From IMG/VR virus record IMGVR_UViG_3300007735_000711, positions 1 to 39,297 of that record: a stretch of DNA of 39,297 nucleotides, one strand, 5' to 3'. This DNA comes from a virus. Lineage: Duplodnaviria; Caudoviricetes. The translations under genes were made by a program, and so were the position numbers. Of the stretch, positions 18,293-27,035 are shown piece by piece. The notes under the pieces are model-generated. The model was not told the origin of the DNA, ran no database searches, and saw nothing but the letters and a program-made list of their open reading frames with translations. Within the stretch, counting starts at the first letter, position 1; each line of letters starts with the position of its first letter.

Positions 18293-19248
18293 CCGACCAC
18301 GACTTTATAGCAGTCTGGAACAGGTACAACTCAGCCTCGGATGTTGCGAAGCACCTAAAAATAAACGTCCGGAATGTTCATGCACGAAGGCGCAATGTTG
18401 AGAAAAAACACGGCGTAAGACTTCTCACTTTTGACCATCGTCCGGCCTTTGATCAGTCCATGCTGGTCACTGCGGATAGGGTAGAGGTCAAACTTAAAAT
18501 AATGGACGGCGTTGTTTTAGTGGCGGGGGATCAGCACTATCACCCCGGCAACGTCCCGACAATGCACCGGGCATTCGTCCATCTTTCCAAGAAGATGAAG
18601 CCTGCCGCCCAAGTCTGGAATGGGGATGCCTTTGACGGTGCTTCTATCTCCCGCCATCCGTCTATCGGGTGGGAGGATAAGCCTAGCGTCAAGGATGAGC
18701 TAGACGTGGTGCGGGACAGGTCCATAGAGATTATGAACGCTGCGCCTAGTGCAAAGCGGATATGGACCGCTGGAAACCATGACCTACGATTTGAGACTCG
18801 CCTAGCCCTGGTTGCGGGGGAATATCGGAACGTCCAAGGGATACATCTAAAAGACCACTTCCCGGAGTGGACCCCTGCGTGGTTTGTCACGGTGAATGAG
18901 GGGGACTCATCCCATACCGAGATACGCCACAGGGAGAAGGGCGGCATTCACGCGGGCTACAACAACGTCAAAGAGTCTGGCGTGAACATCGTTACAGGGC
19001 ACGATCACAGAGCGGAAGTGGTGGCTTATGACGATAGAAGGGGCAGGCGTTACGCCATCCGCCACGGCATGACAGCGGACTCCAGTCGGGATGCGCCTTT
19101 TGTGAATTACATGGAGGGGCGCAAGGTGAACTGGCAGAGCGCTATTGCCGTTCTGACCTACCGGAATGGGGTGCTGCTGTATCCGGAATTGGCGCTTCGG
19201 GTAGATGAAGACCACTTCCAGTTCCGGGGCGAGATTATCAAGGTATGA
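18289..19248 (+). CDS. Calcineurin-like metallophosphoesterase with N-terminal HTH-like segment
   Basis: GDQH, NGDAFD, GNHD, and GHDH motifs. Confidence 0.85.
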   Translation: MTDHDFIAVWNRYNSASDVAKHLKINVRNVHARRRNVEKKHGVRLLTFDHRPAFDQSMLVTADRVEVKLKIMDGVVLVAGDQHYHPGNVPTMHRAFVHLSKKMKPAAQVWNGDAFDGASISRHPSIGWEDKPSVKDELDVVRDRSIEIMNAAPSAKRIWTAGNHDLRFETRLALVAGEYRNVQGIHLKDHFPEWTPAWFVTVNEGDSSHTEIRHREKGGIHAGYNNVKESGVNIVTGHDHRAEVVAYDDRRGRRYAIRHGMTADSSRDAPFVNYMEGRKVNWQSAIAVLTYRNGVLLYPELALRVDEDHFQFRGEIIKV

Positions 19249-19394
19249 GCGCCCCCCTTCTAACCATAGTCGCCGCCATATACGCCTATGTAGCCTGGTC
19301 ATACTTTGATGCGGGCAGGGTGGGGATGTGCGTGGCTTTCAGTGCTTACGCTATCAGCAACGTAGGTTTCATTCTGGATACGATTTATGGCTAA
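19245..19394 (+). CDS. Small two-helix membrane protein (49 aa)
   Basis: ATGA-coupled ORF MSAPLLTIVAAIYAYVAWSYF...YAISNVGF. Confidence 0.6.
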   Translation: MSAPLLTIVAAIYAYVAWSYFDAGRVGMCVAFSAYAISNVGFILDTIYG

Positions 19395-20502
19395 TGGACT
19401 GCTTGGAAACCTCCAGCCGAATGGGCTTTTGGGGCCGGTGACGATGAATCCCAACATCGCAGCACAGGGGAGGAATGCGCTCGCCTCTGCCTTGCGTGGC
19501 TCACCCCGTAATGCTTTGCTTGACCCTGAGTTTTACATGCGTGACCTGAAAGACTCGGCGGTGAACTACTTCTCCGACCCTGAGAACAGCTTGCGGGCTT
19601 TGTCCATAGCCCCGGTGCCTGTCCTGTCCGATGTGGCGGGTTTAGCGGCTGATGCGCTGATGTACAAGAACAAGCCAGAGTCTAGGAACATGCTGAACTT
19701 TGGGTTGACCGGAGTGGGCATGTTGCCGTTCATCCCCGCCCTTGCTACTGCGTACCACGGAAGTCCGTACAAGTTTGACAAGTTCGACGCTGCCCACATT
19801 GGGAAGGGTGAGGGGGCGCAGGCTTACGGGCATGGGGTGTACTTTGCTGAATCGCCTGATGTGGCACAAAGCTATCAGCGGAACTTAGCTTCCACCCTAT
19901 CTATTGACGGCAAGCCCGTCTTTCAGAATGGGCGCATAGTCAACAGCACCGGAAACGAAATGGTTGATGATCTGTTGCTTATGCACAGCGGTGACGCTAA
20001 AGCGGTAGGCAAAGACATATTGGCAAACCTTAAAGAATTGCGCTCAAGATTTGCAAGTCAGCCACAGGCAACAGCGCCCGCTATGGCAGGGGTTGAAAAG
20101 AAGATTATCAAAGAGACTCAGGCGGAATTGGCTGCACTCCGCAACGTGCGGAATAGTTCCAAGTATTCTGTAGGCGGCTCCCTCTACAAAGTAGACATCC
20201 CCGACGAATACATCCCGCGCATGCTGGACTGGGACAAGCCGCTGAGTCAGCAGCCTGAGATATTGAAAGCGTTCAAAAACACTGGATTTGCGAGTGCCGA
20301 CCCTAACATTACTGGCAGGCAATTTATACGGGATTGGTTAGGTGATCCCGCAAATCCAGAAACTGCTCATGCGCTGAAGTCTATTGGCATTCCCGGAATC
20401 CGCTACCTAGACGGCGGCTCTAGAGGAACAGGGCAGGGCACCTCCAACTATGTTGTTTTCCCCGGCAACGAGGGTGCTGTAAAGATTCTGGAGCGCAAGT
20501 AA
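19387..20502 (+). CDS. Putative ADP-ribosyltransferase-like (ART-PolyVal-type) effector with pre-toxin-like N-terminal region
   Basis: AYHGSPYKFDKFD..IGKGEGAQAYGHGVYFAE, LYKVDIP..LDWD, GIPGIRYLD..NYVVF; preceded by PVPVLSDVAGLAAD...GMLPFIP. Confidence 0.6.
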   Translation: MANGLLGNLQPNGLLGPVTMNPNIAAQGRNALASALRGSPRNALLDPEFYMRDLKDSAVNYFSDPENSLRALSIAPVPVLSDVAGLAADALMYKNKPESRNMLNFGLTGVGMLPFIPALATAYHGSPYKFDKFDAAHIGKGEGAQAYGHGVYFAESPDVAQSYQRNLASTLSIDGKPVFQNGRIVNSTGNEMVDDLLLMHSGDAKAVGKDILANLKELRSRFASQPQATAPAMAGVEKKIIKETQAELAALRNVRNSSKYSVGGSLYKVDIPDEYIPRMLDWDKPLSQQPEILKAFKNTGFASADPNITGRQFIRDWLGDPANPETAHALKSIGIPGIRYLDGGSRGTGQGTSNYVVFPGNEGAVKILERK

Positions 20503-20707
20503 TACCCCATTGGGGTACGGCTCTACCCAATCCGGGAATATCGACATATCCGCGCCACCTGTCGAAATTTGTCCATTTTTTCGACATGTCCAATTTTTTT
20601 GGACAACTCGCAATCTTGTACGAATAGGTAAAGGAAACGGCGCTTTCCTTTCCTTATCTGGCGAATTAGTCAAGTTTCGCCCGTTTTCTTAACACAAAGG
20701 AACCCTC

Positions 20708-20917
20708 ATGGACCCGCGTTATTGGGGCGGCTTTTGCCTGCTCCTGATCTCTGCTGCGCTGTTGGCTGGCATATCCGGCTGTGCGTCCACCCGCTACCTG
20801 TCGGAACAGGAAGATGCGGAGATGCGGGAGAAGTGCGAGGCGACGGGCTGTGTAGTCATCCCCGCGCCTCTTTACAGGCAGATTCTTGAGTTTATCCAGC
20901 GGAGTCAGATGATTTGA
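20708..20917 (+). CDS. Lipoprotein (possible spanin component)
   Basis: Hydrophobic signal ending in lipobox ISGC; AAGGA RBS; immediately before the endolysin. Confidence 0.6.
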   Translation: MDPRYWGGFCLLLISAALLAGISGCASTRYLSEQEDAEMREKCEATGCVVIPAPLYRQILEFIQRSQMI

Positions 20918-21366
20918 AAGTCTCAGACAAGGGCATAAAGCTGATTCAGGACTTCGAGGGGTGCAGCCTTGTCCCGTATCAGGACATTGTGGGCAAGTGG
21001 ACGATTGGCTACGGGCACCTGATTAAGCCGGATGACGACTTCGACGCACCCCTTACCCACGGGCAGGCTGTTGCGCTGCTGTGCGATGACCTGGAGAAGT
21101 TTGAATCGTGGGTTTTGGGCGCGGTTACGGCAGACATAAACCAAAGCCAGTTCGATGCCCTGGTCAGCTTCACATTCAACCTCGGGCCGGGTGCCCTGCA
21201 AAAGTCCACCCTGTTACGAAAGCTTAACGCCGGGGACTACCAAGGGGCGGCAGATGAGTTCCCCAAGTGGTGCAAAGCTGGGGGTAAGGAAGTGGCTGGC
21301 CTGCTGAGAAGGCGCAAGGCTGAGCGGGAAATGTTCTTATCTGAGGTAACGGCATGCTCGAACTAA
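20914..21366 (+). CDS. Endolysin, GH24 lysozyme
   Basis: FEG...YQD..G.WTIGYGH catalytic E-D-T triad; QFDALVSFTFNLG; GLLRRRKAE. Confidence 0.95.
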   Translation: MKVSDKGIKLIQDFEGCSLVPYQDIVGKWTIGYGHLIKPDDDFDAPLTHGQAVALLCDDLEKFESWVLGAVTADINQSQFDALVSFTFNLGPGALQKSTLLRKLNAGDYQGAADEFPKWCKAGGKEVAGLLRRRKAEREMFLSEVTACSN

Positions 21367-21644
21367 TCGCAGCGGTAGTCCTCCTGCAAGCCCTAGACGG
21401 CTGGACAACCTACCGCATTATCAGCAGGGGCGTGGGCTACGAGCGCAATCCGGTAATCCAGTGGCTCATAGACCGATTGGGGCTGTACGGTGGGCTGTTC
21501 GCTGGAAAGGGCGCTGTGGCCGCTTTGGTGGCTCTAGGAGCGCCTCTCGGCTGGTGGGATGGGGAGATAGAGCTATATCTGCTTTTTGGCCTAGCGGGGC
21601 TGTATTCGTTCGTGGTGGTCAATAACTACAGGATTCTGCGATGA
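21354..21644 (+). CDS. Membrane protein (DUF5658-like)
   Basis: LDGWTT...G.ERNP motif with three hydrophobic segments. Confidence 0.6.
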   Translation: MLELIAAVVLLQALDGWTTYRIISRGVGYERNPVIQWLIDRLGLYGGLFAGKGAVAALVALGAPLGWWDGEIELYLLFGLAGLYSFVVVNNYRILR

Positions 21645-22066
21645 ACCCGTTACTGCTTAGTGGGCTGTTTGAGGTGGGCAAGGGGCTGATAGACAAACTC
21701 TGGCCCGATCCCGCAAAGGCTGAAGCTGCCAAACTGGAACTGTTGAAGATGCAGCAGAGCGGGGAACTAGCAGAACTTGCGGCGAATACACAGCTAGCTA
21801 CCGCACAAATAGCGGTGAATCAGGAAGAGGCTAAAAACGCCTCCCTGCTCGTTTCTGGCTGGCGTCCAATGTGCGGATGGGTTGGGGCCTTTGCTTTGGG
21901 CTATGCGGCGATCCTGGAGCCTCTGGCGCGGTTTGTGGCCCAAGTCTGGTTTGGGTACTCCGGAGCCTTTCCGGCGCTGGATACGACCATCACCATGCAG
22001 GTGCTTTTCGGGATACTTGGACTCGGTGCCTACAGGTCAGCCGAGAAAATCAAGGGAAAAGCTTAG
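21641..22066 (+). CDS. Holin (3TM, GTA-type)
   Basis: LIDKLWPDP, VSGWRPMCGW and LGLGAYRSAEK motifs. Confidence 0.85.
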   Translation: MNPLLLSGLFEVGKGLIDKLWPDPAKAEAAKLELLKMQQSGELAELAANTQLATAQIAVNQEEAKNASLLVSGWRPMCGWVGAFALGYAAILEPLARFVAQVWFGYSGAFPALDTTITMQVLFGILGLGAYRSAEKIKGKA

Positions 22067-22320
22067 TGCCCCTAATCACGCCTACTTGCATTAAACCGGG
22101 GAAATAGTGCAAGTATGCTATGCGATAGCGTTGCCACAAATCTTCCACGCTCTATGGCTAAAACTGCCATTTTTTGCCACTTTGTGACCTCTGCCGCAAT
22201 GGGCTAACTGCCTGATTTCCTTGATTTCACGCCACTTTCTTCTTGGCCGTAGCTGGTCGCCTTCCAGCAGGTAGCCCATATTTTTCAGTCACTTGCCTGC
22301 CAGTTGCCGCAAAATTCATC
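22067..22320. other. Probable attP region
   Basis: Non-coding convergence point at the 3' end of int. Repeated (T)TGCCA/TGCCG arm-like words at ~22131, 22165, 22175, 22191 and within the int 3' end at ~22293-22310. Core not identified. Confidence 0.45.
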
Positions 22321-23228
22321 CATGCCGCCTTAGCTTCGGTCTGCAAATGGGCATAGCGCCGGGTAGATTTCAGGTCATCATGCCCCAATGCCTCCGCAAC
22401 CACGTTTAGGGGCGCTCCAGCGTTAATCAGCAGCGATGCCTGCCCGTGTCTCAAGTCGTGCAACCGGTAATGTCCTAGCCCCGCCTGTACAGCCGCAGCC
22501 TTGAATCGCTTGCTGAGTGCGTCTTTCGTCATCGTTGGAGTGCCGACGATCTTACGCAGCGGCAGGATGATGGGCGTAATCCTTGGCTTGCCGTTCTTGC
22601 TGGTCGCGTTGACATAGCACCCGCCCTGGATCTTCGCGGTCCACAGTTCAGCCCTGCGAAGTCCGGAGTAGTAAAGCTGCCAGCAGGCCCATCGCATTTC
22701 CTGAGACATAAACCGAAGGATGTAAGCTACCTCGGCTTTTTTGGGGTAGAAATGGCGCTCATTGTGCAGGGGTGGGACTTGGATGGTTACGCCATAGTCT
22801 CGGTCAGCCATCCCCCATTTAACGGCGTACCGTGCGAGCGTCTTGAGAAACCGCAGCCGGTGGACTTTGGTGGTTCCTGATAGCGTCTTGCCCATAGCCA
22901 CAGCGCAATCCGCCAGCCTATCCAGGCGGTGCCCGATGACATGGGGAGCGGCTACCCGGATACAGTTGCGGGCAAATGATGGGGAGCGCAAGCCGGGGAT
23001 TATTCTGGCCTCATATTCCTGCATAACCGCCGAAATCAGGGGGATTTCCTGAATTCCAAGACGGTCCCTATCGAACCACTGGCTAACGGTTCGGGCGAAG
23101 TAGGCTTCGGCCTTGTCCTTTGTGGTCCCCGCAGGTAGGCGTTCATCAACCAATCGTCTGCCGTCCCGCGAGAACGTGACCCGGTAGCGGGCGCGCCCCT
23201 CTCGATCTTTGTAGGCATTGACTCCCAT
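22227..23228 (-). CDS. int: Tyrosine integrase
   Basis: YSGLRRAE (R), SKNGK (K), HDLRH, LGH and TRRYAH (Y) catalytic motifs. Confidence 0.95.
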   Translation of the reverse strand: MGVNAYKDREGRARYRVTFSRDGRRLVDERLPAGTTKDKAEAYFARTVSQWFDRDRLGIQEIPLISAVMQEYEARIIPGLRSPSFARNCIRVAAPHVIGHRLDRLADCAVAMGKTLSGTTKVHRLRFLKTLARYAVKWGMADRDYGVTIQVPPLHNERHFYPKKAEVAYILRFMSQEMRWACWQLYYSGLRRAELWTAKIQGGCYVNATSKNGKPRITPIILPLRKIVGTPTMTKDALSKRFKAAAVQAGLGHYRLHDLRHGQASLLINAGAPLNVVAEALGHDDLKSTRRYAHLQTEAKAAWMNFAATGRQVTEKYGLPAGRRPATAKKKVA

Positions 23229-23383
23229 CTTTTCACCCTCTGTTTATATGCATCTAAATCAGATTGATCAAATCGGACAAGTCTAGCGGATAGCTTGATT
23301 ATGGGGATCAGCCCTTGCGACACAAGGCGACGCAGGGTGGAGACTGATACCCCAAGATAAGCCGCTGCCTGCTGCCTAGTCAT
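23036..23383 (-). CDS. xis: Excisionase (HTH_17/MerR-like) with C-terminal extension overlapping int
   Basis: MTRQQAAAYLGVSVSTLRRLVSQG..RLVRFDQSDLDAY; directly upstream of int. Confidence 0.8.
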   Translation of the reverse strand: MTRQQAAAYLGVSVSTLRRLVSQGLIPIIKLSARLVRFDQSDLDAYKQRVKRWESMPTKIERGAPATGSRSRGTADDWLMNAYLRGPQRTRPKPTSPEPLASGSIGTVLEFRKSP

Positions 23384-23487
23384 CCTCGCCTCACCATCGT
23401 CAAGACCAGCAGCATAGCCATAGCCCCCAAATCATCAGCAGCATCGCCATAGCCCCCACCCAGGCTGCGGGGATGAGCCAGTACCAG

Positions 23488-23691
23488 CTAATCATGAGGG
23501 GCCTCCGGGAGTGGCATCCAGTGGGTAGGGCGCAACCAAGGGGCATTTTTATGTGCGCCGATTGTGCCGCCGAAAAACCAAGTTTCTTCTTCCCTTTCCA
23601 CTCGATAGCATTCCCTGTAACGTCCATCACGATACCCAAGGAAAACGGTCCCATCCTTCGGCGCAGACTCAATCGTTCGCCATTCGCTCAT
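23488..23691 (-). CDS. DUF551-like phage protein
   Basis: WRTIESAPKDGT...PTHWMPLPEAP. Confidence 0.8.
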   Translation of the reverse strand: MSEWRTIESAPKDGTVFLGYRDGRYRECYRVEREEETWFFGGTIGAHKNAPWLRPTHWMPLPEAPHD

Positions 23692-23795
23692 TCCAGCCCC
23701 CTAACTTGTGTCCACTTCGCTTTAACCCACCGCGCTACGGGAAGCAGCGCGAGCCCGTCGAGGAATCCGTTCCAGAATGCTTTGGATAGGTTCAT
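23688..23795 (-). CDS. Small hypothetical protein (35 aa)
   Basis: MNLSKAFWNGFLDGLALLP...RGLE; ATGA-coupled on both sides. Confidence 0.5.
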   Translation of the reverse strand: MNLSKAFWNGFLDGLALLPVARWVKAKWTQVRGLE

Positions 23796-24148
23796 TTTGC
23801 CCCGGCGTCTATTAGCAATTGTGAAAGCAGGTAGCAAAAAGCCTCCCCACCAGAATCCCGCGCGTCTATTCCACAGCGTTCAAACACATGAAAGACAACG
23901 TGTGAAAGTTCATGCGCCATCGTTGCCGTGGTTCCTGCAAAGACAAGGTATGTCCACATCCCATCTACACCTTCTCCACCAACAAAGCGTCCGCGCTGCG
24001 CGCATATCAGTACATCAGGCGTTTTAAATAAGCGTTTATGGGCTTGCTCGTATTCGCGTTTTGAACGAACGAAAAAGAGCCGTCCGTTATATGGACGTAG
24101 ACTGAGTTCCACCATCAGCAAAACTCCTTTGCGAGTTCCCGCATCCAC
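23792..24148 (-). CDS. Hypothetical protein with HExxH motif
   Basis: AHELSH...GEAFCYL; true start probably near 24115 (MVELS). Confidence 0.6.
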   Translation of the reverse strand: MDAGTRKGVLLMVELSLRPYNGRLFFVRSKREYEQAHKRLFKTPDVLICAQRGRFVGGEGVDGMWTYLVFAGTTATMAHELSHVVFHVFERCGIDARDSGGEAFCYLLSQLLIDAGAK

Positions 24149-24357
24149 TCATCTCTAGCCCTCGGTGAATTCAGGCTCCACACACAAGGCTCATTGTTCT
24201 TATAGTCGTCGGACCACCGCGCGCGGAATGGTCTGTGAACACGGAACTCACGCTGATGCTCTACTCTGGAGCGCATCTTGTGAGGCCAAGGTCTTGGCCA
24301 CTTTTTTGACTTATAGATAACCGCCACGCCAAATAGGTCAGGGATGTGCCTGCTCAT
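24115..24357 (-). CDS. Hypothetical protein
   Basis: Coupled ORF in the leftward early operon. Confidence 0.55.
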   Translation of the reverse strand: MSRHIPDLFGVAVIYKSKKWPRPWPHKMRSRVEHQREFRVHRPFRARWSDDYKNNEPCVWSLNSPRARDEWMRELAKEFC

Positions 24358-24614
24358 TCCAGCCCCCTGCTGCGTTGCTCGGCCATAGCGATCCAGATGT
24401 CTGCGATTACAGGGCCGTCTGCGGATATACCCGCGTCAACCATCGCAACATCCGGCTCCTCCCGCAGCGCCTCGCGCATGCCGGCGAGGATGGCGGTTTG
24501 GGCCAGAGCGGCAATGTTTTCTTCGTATCCGTCGCTGCGGTAACAGCATTCGTTAGCCTTGTCGGCAATGCCTTCCGCCAACTCCCTCGCCCGCTGCCTC
24601 AGTTTGTCGGTCAT
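24354..24614 (-). CDS. Hypothetical protein
   Basis: LREEPDVAMVDAG...IWIAM recurrent phage motif; coupled ORF. Confidence 0.6.
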   Translation of the reverse strand: MTDKLRQRARELAEGIADKANECCYRSDGYEENIAALAQTAILAGMREALREEPDVAMVDAGISADGPVIADIWIAMAEQRSRGLE

Positions 24615-24829
24615 ACCAGTACCTCGGCAGTAAGGATACGGACTTCGTATCCGCGTCTTTTCCAGTTTTCCACGCGTTCAGTGAGATCGTCGCCGTGCAT
24701 CATGCCTACAGTCCACCAAGGGAAGCCTGGGCTACGCAAAGCTAGTGCGTGTACTGTTTGCCGCTCTGGAACCGTTACCGTTGCAATGATTTCGTCGCTC
24801 ATTCCCCGCCCCCGATCTTCGCCACGCAC
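24611..24829 (-). CDS. Hypothetical protein
   Basis: Coupled ORF; start probably at 24802 (MSDEII). Confidence 0.5.
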   Translation of the reverse strand: MRGEDRGRGMSDEIIATVTVPERQTVHALALRSPGFPWWTVGMMHGDDLTERVENWKRRGYEVRILTAEVLV

Positions 24830-24851
24830 CGCTTCACCAGCTCTAGGTCGG

Positions 24852-25202
24852 TCATTTCGTCGGCTCCTTCATCAGTGCGCGGATGCCATGAGCGCAGTTT
24901 TCGGCGGCATGTTGCCAGCAACCAGTTTCTTCCCACATGGTGCTAGGGCCAGATGCGACCCCCTCGCACACCTTCGCCGCCCGCTCCAGCGCGTTGCGCT
25001 CTACCTCTGCCAGCTTGCGCTCGGCTTCCTCGGCGCGTTTCTTATAGTTGTCCCGCTGGCAGGATGCCACCATAGTTAAGTCTCGCTGCCCCTCTAGTGA
25101 TTTGCGCAACTCCGCGACCTCGGCTCGCAGGGCGGCGAGTTCGGATTCGGCTTTGCAGCGCGGACAGTGTTCCGCATACTCATCGTGTGGACACATCTTC
25201 AT
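24852..25202 (-). CDS. Hypothetical coiled-coil protein
   Basis: ALERAAKVCE...CAHGIRAL recurrent phage motif. Confidence 0.6.
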   Translation of the reverse strand: MKMCPHDEYAEHCPRCKAESELAALRAEVAELRKSLEGQRDLTMVASCQRDNYKKRAEEAERKLAEVERNALERAAKVCEGVASGPSTMWEETGCWQHAAENCAHGIRALMKEPTK

Positions 25203-25414
25203 GTCTTCCCTTTCAGGTAGGCGTCGATCTCATCGCGCTTGATGACGCATCGCTCTACTGGAATGTTGTTATGGCTGTGCATTTTTGCAGCAACAAGTTT
25301 CCCGATTGCTGCAAAATCCGCATCCCCATCGCTCACGGTGACGGGAAAATGCGGCCCGTTGCACTTCCACGGGGTTACGCAGTTCGGGCACATTGGCTGA
25401 TCTGGACAGTCCAT
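25199..25414 (-). CDS. Hypothetical protein
   Basis: MDCPDQPMCPNCVTPWKCNGPH, coupled to the upstream stop. Confidence 0.55.
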   Translation of the reverse strand: MDCPDQPMCPNCVTPWKCNGPHFPVTVSDGDADFAAIGKLVAAKMHSHNNIPVERCVIKRDEIDAYLKGKT

Positions 25415-26091
25415 CACTCGCCCCCTTTCGGCGCTGCGAGCAATGCGTCCAGAGTCGCAATAATCCCTGTCGGTGGTCCGGGCGGGCGGTCTTTGGGTAG
25501 ATCGCCATACGCCGTTGCTATCCAATCCCGCAACGCCTGAAGAGCAACACGCGGCACCACCACCCCATCGGGAGGCTTAGTGTCTGAGTCCTTGCCGCTT
25601 GCGGTTGCTAACACCCCATTTGTCGGGGTGTCGCTTGGGCGCCAGATATGTCCGCAACCGTGGCACAGGTGAGACTTGTGCGGCGGGTTCTTCCAGTCAG
25701 TAGTTCGGTTGTCTGGCGCGTCTATGTGTTGTGTGTTGCACTTAGGGCAGTAAAGAATCATGTCCACGACCCCATCGTCAGGAGAGGCGGCACGCTCAAA
25801 CACCGGCATAGGGTCGTTGTCAGAGTGCTGTTCTTCTCCGGGCCATAGGACGTGGTAAGTCTCCACGTCTTTTTCTGTGTCGTATTTCCGATATATCCAC
25901 GCCACCGGCTCGGCCTGCTCGGGCAGGGCGCGGAGGGCCGCTTCCCATCCAGCGCGGAAACTTTTCCCATCGCCAAACGCGACATCCTCCGAAGTTCCCC
26001 ATTCCCTGAACGCCCTGTCTACCTGATCCATGCCCACTCCCTTCTGTTGCCTCACCCACTCTTGCAGTGTTTCCCTGTCAAGCCTGTTCAT
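25414..26091 (-). CDS. Mosaic hypothetical protein with Cys/His Zn-binding segment
   Basis: AEPVAW; LYCPKC..QHIDAP..PPHKSHLCHGCGHIWRP; GGAG RBS. Confidence 0.65.
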   Translation of the reverse strand: MNRLDRETLQEWVRQQKGVGMDQVDRAFREWGTSEDVAFGDGKSFRAGWEAALRALPEQAEPVAWIYRKYDTEKDVETYHVLWPGEEQHSDNDPMPVFERAASPDDGVVDMILYCPKCNTQHIDAPDNRTTDWKNPPHKSHLCHGCGHIWRPSDTPTNGVLATASGKDSDTKPPDGVVVPRVALQALRDWIATAYGDLPKDRPPGPPTGIIATLDALLAAPKGGE

Positions 26092-26267
26092 GCTCCCTCC
26101 TTAGCTTGTAGTTCGTTGAGCCGCTTGCGCAGGTTTTCATTCCTCCGCTCTACTTGGGCAACCGTTTCCACCAAATCCGCAAGCATCTTGCTTTGATCTG
26201 TGTCAGCCAGTTCCTTGAATTCGCGCATTGCAGCGCGCAGGTCTAGCCTCCGCTGCCGTGAGTTCAT
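26088..26267 (-). CDS. Hypothetical protein (59 aa; not in the ORF track)
   Basis: MNSRQRRLDLRAAMREF...KEGA; AAGGAGGG RBS; ATGA-coupled at both ends. Confidence 0.6.
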   Translation of the reverse strand: MNSRQRRLDLRAAMREFKELADTDQSKMLADLVETVAQVERRNENLRKRLNELQAKEGA

Positions 26268-26551
26268 GCTCCCTCCTTGCGGGCGGCGTCGATGCTTCTA
26301 TCTATTTGGTCATTCGATGCAATGTCCTCTTGATAGCTCGGCGCAGGGTAAACAGAATCCCTTTTCCGCAGCCACCGATACCTCTCCGCATCCTCCCTGC
26401 ACGCCGCAAGCTCGGCCTCTGCCTTCTCCGCCCGCTCCATCACCGCAGCCGTGGCGGAGTCTTGCAATCGCTGGTTCTCGGTCAGGCGGGAGATTTCGGC
26501 CTGCGCGGCGGCAAGTTCTTTGTGCAAAATATCTAGTGTCCCGTTGTCCAT
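26264..26551 (-). CDS. Hypothetical protein
   Basis: DAERYRWLR...IDAA recurrent phage motif. Confidence 0.65.
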   Translation of the reverse strand: MDNGTLDILHKELAAAQAEISRLTENQRLQDSATAAVMERAEKAEAELAACREDAERYRWLRKRDSVYPAPSYQEDIASNDQIDRSIDAARKEGA

Positions 26552-26553
26552 GC

Positions 26554-26784
26554 TTACCCTCCCATCAGTCGGTCAATAATCGGCTTTGCGAAATAGCCCA
26601 TCGCAAAGAATCCAGCGGCATAAATCACTGCCTGCACCGCTGCCACCTTCCACGCCCCTGGCCTGCATTCGATGATGTGATGCTGGTTCATTAGCTCCCT
26701 CTCTAAATCTGCGGGCATGTGCCCGTATCCAGTGACAGCGGCCCGGTGTAGCGCAGCCCTCACCTTTGCTAGCGTTGTTTCCAT
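26554..26784 (-). CDS. Hypothetical membrane protein
   Basis: METTLAKV... with a C-terminal hydrophobic helix. Confidence 0.5.
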   Translation of the reverse strand: METTLAKVRAALHRAAVTGYGHMPADLERELMNQHHIIECRPGAWKVAAVQAVIYAAGFFAMGYFAKPIIDRLMGG

Positions 26785-27035
26785 AACTGCTCGTTCGTCC
26801 AGGCAACTAGCTGCATGTCTGTCGTCTTCCAGAACCTGTGAAAGCCTCGGCGGTGCATGCCGTGAATTCCGGTGGCCCCCTGATGATGTTCCGGGCACAG
26901 GGCAACTAACAGGTGATCGTCCCTGTCGGACCCTTCGCCTGCATGGTGGGCGTGGACTCCGTACACCTTCTGCCCTAGCTTCTTAAGGCAGATGACACAA
27001 GGGATGGAGTGCACAGCCTCCTTGTAGTCGCTCAT
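26769..27035 (-). CDS. Ref-like / HNH-type Zn nuclease
   Basis: PCVIC...HH...LCPEHH..GIH pattern. Confidence 0.7.
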   Translation of the reverse strand: MSDYKEAVHSIPCVICLKKLGQKVYGVHAHHAGEGSDRDDHLLVALCPEHHQGATGIHGMHRRGFHRFWKTTDMQLVAWTNEQLWKQR

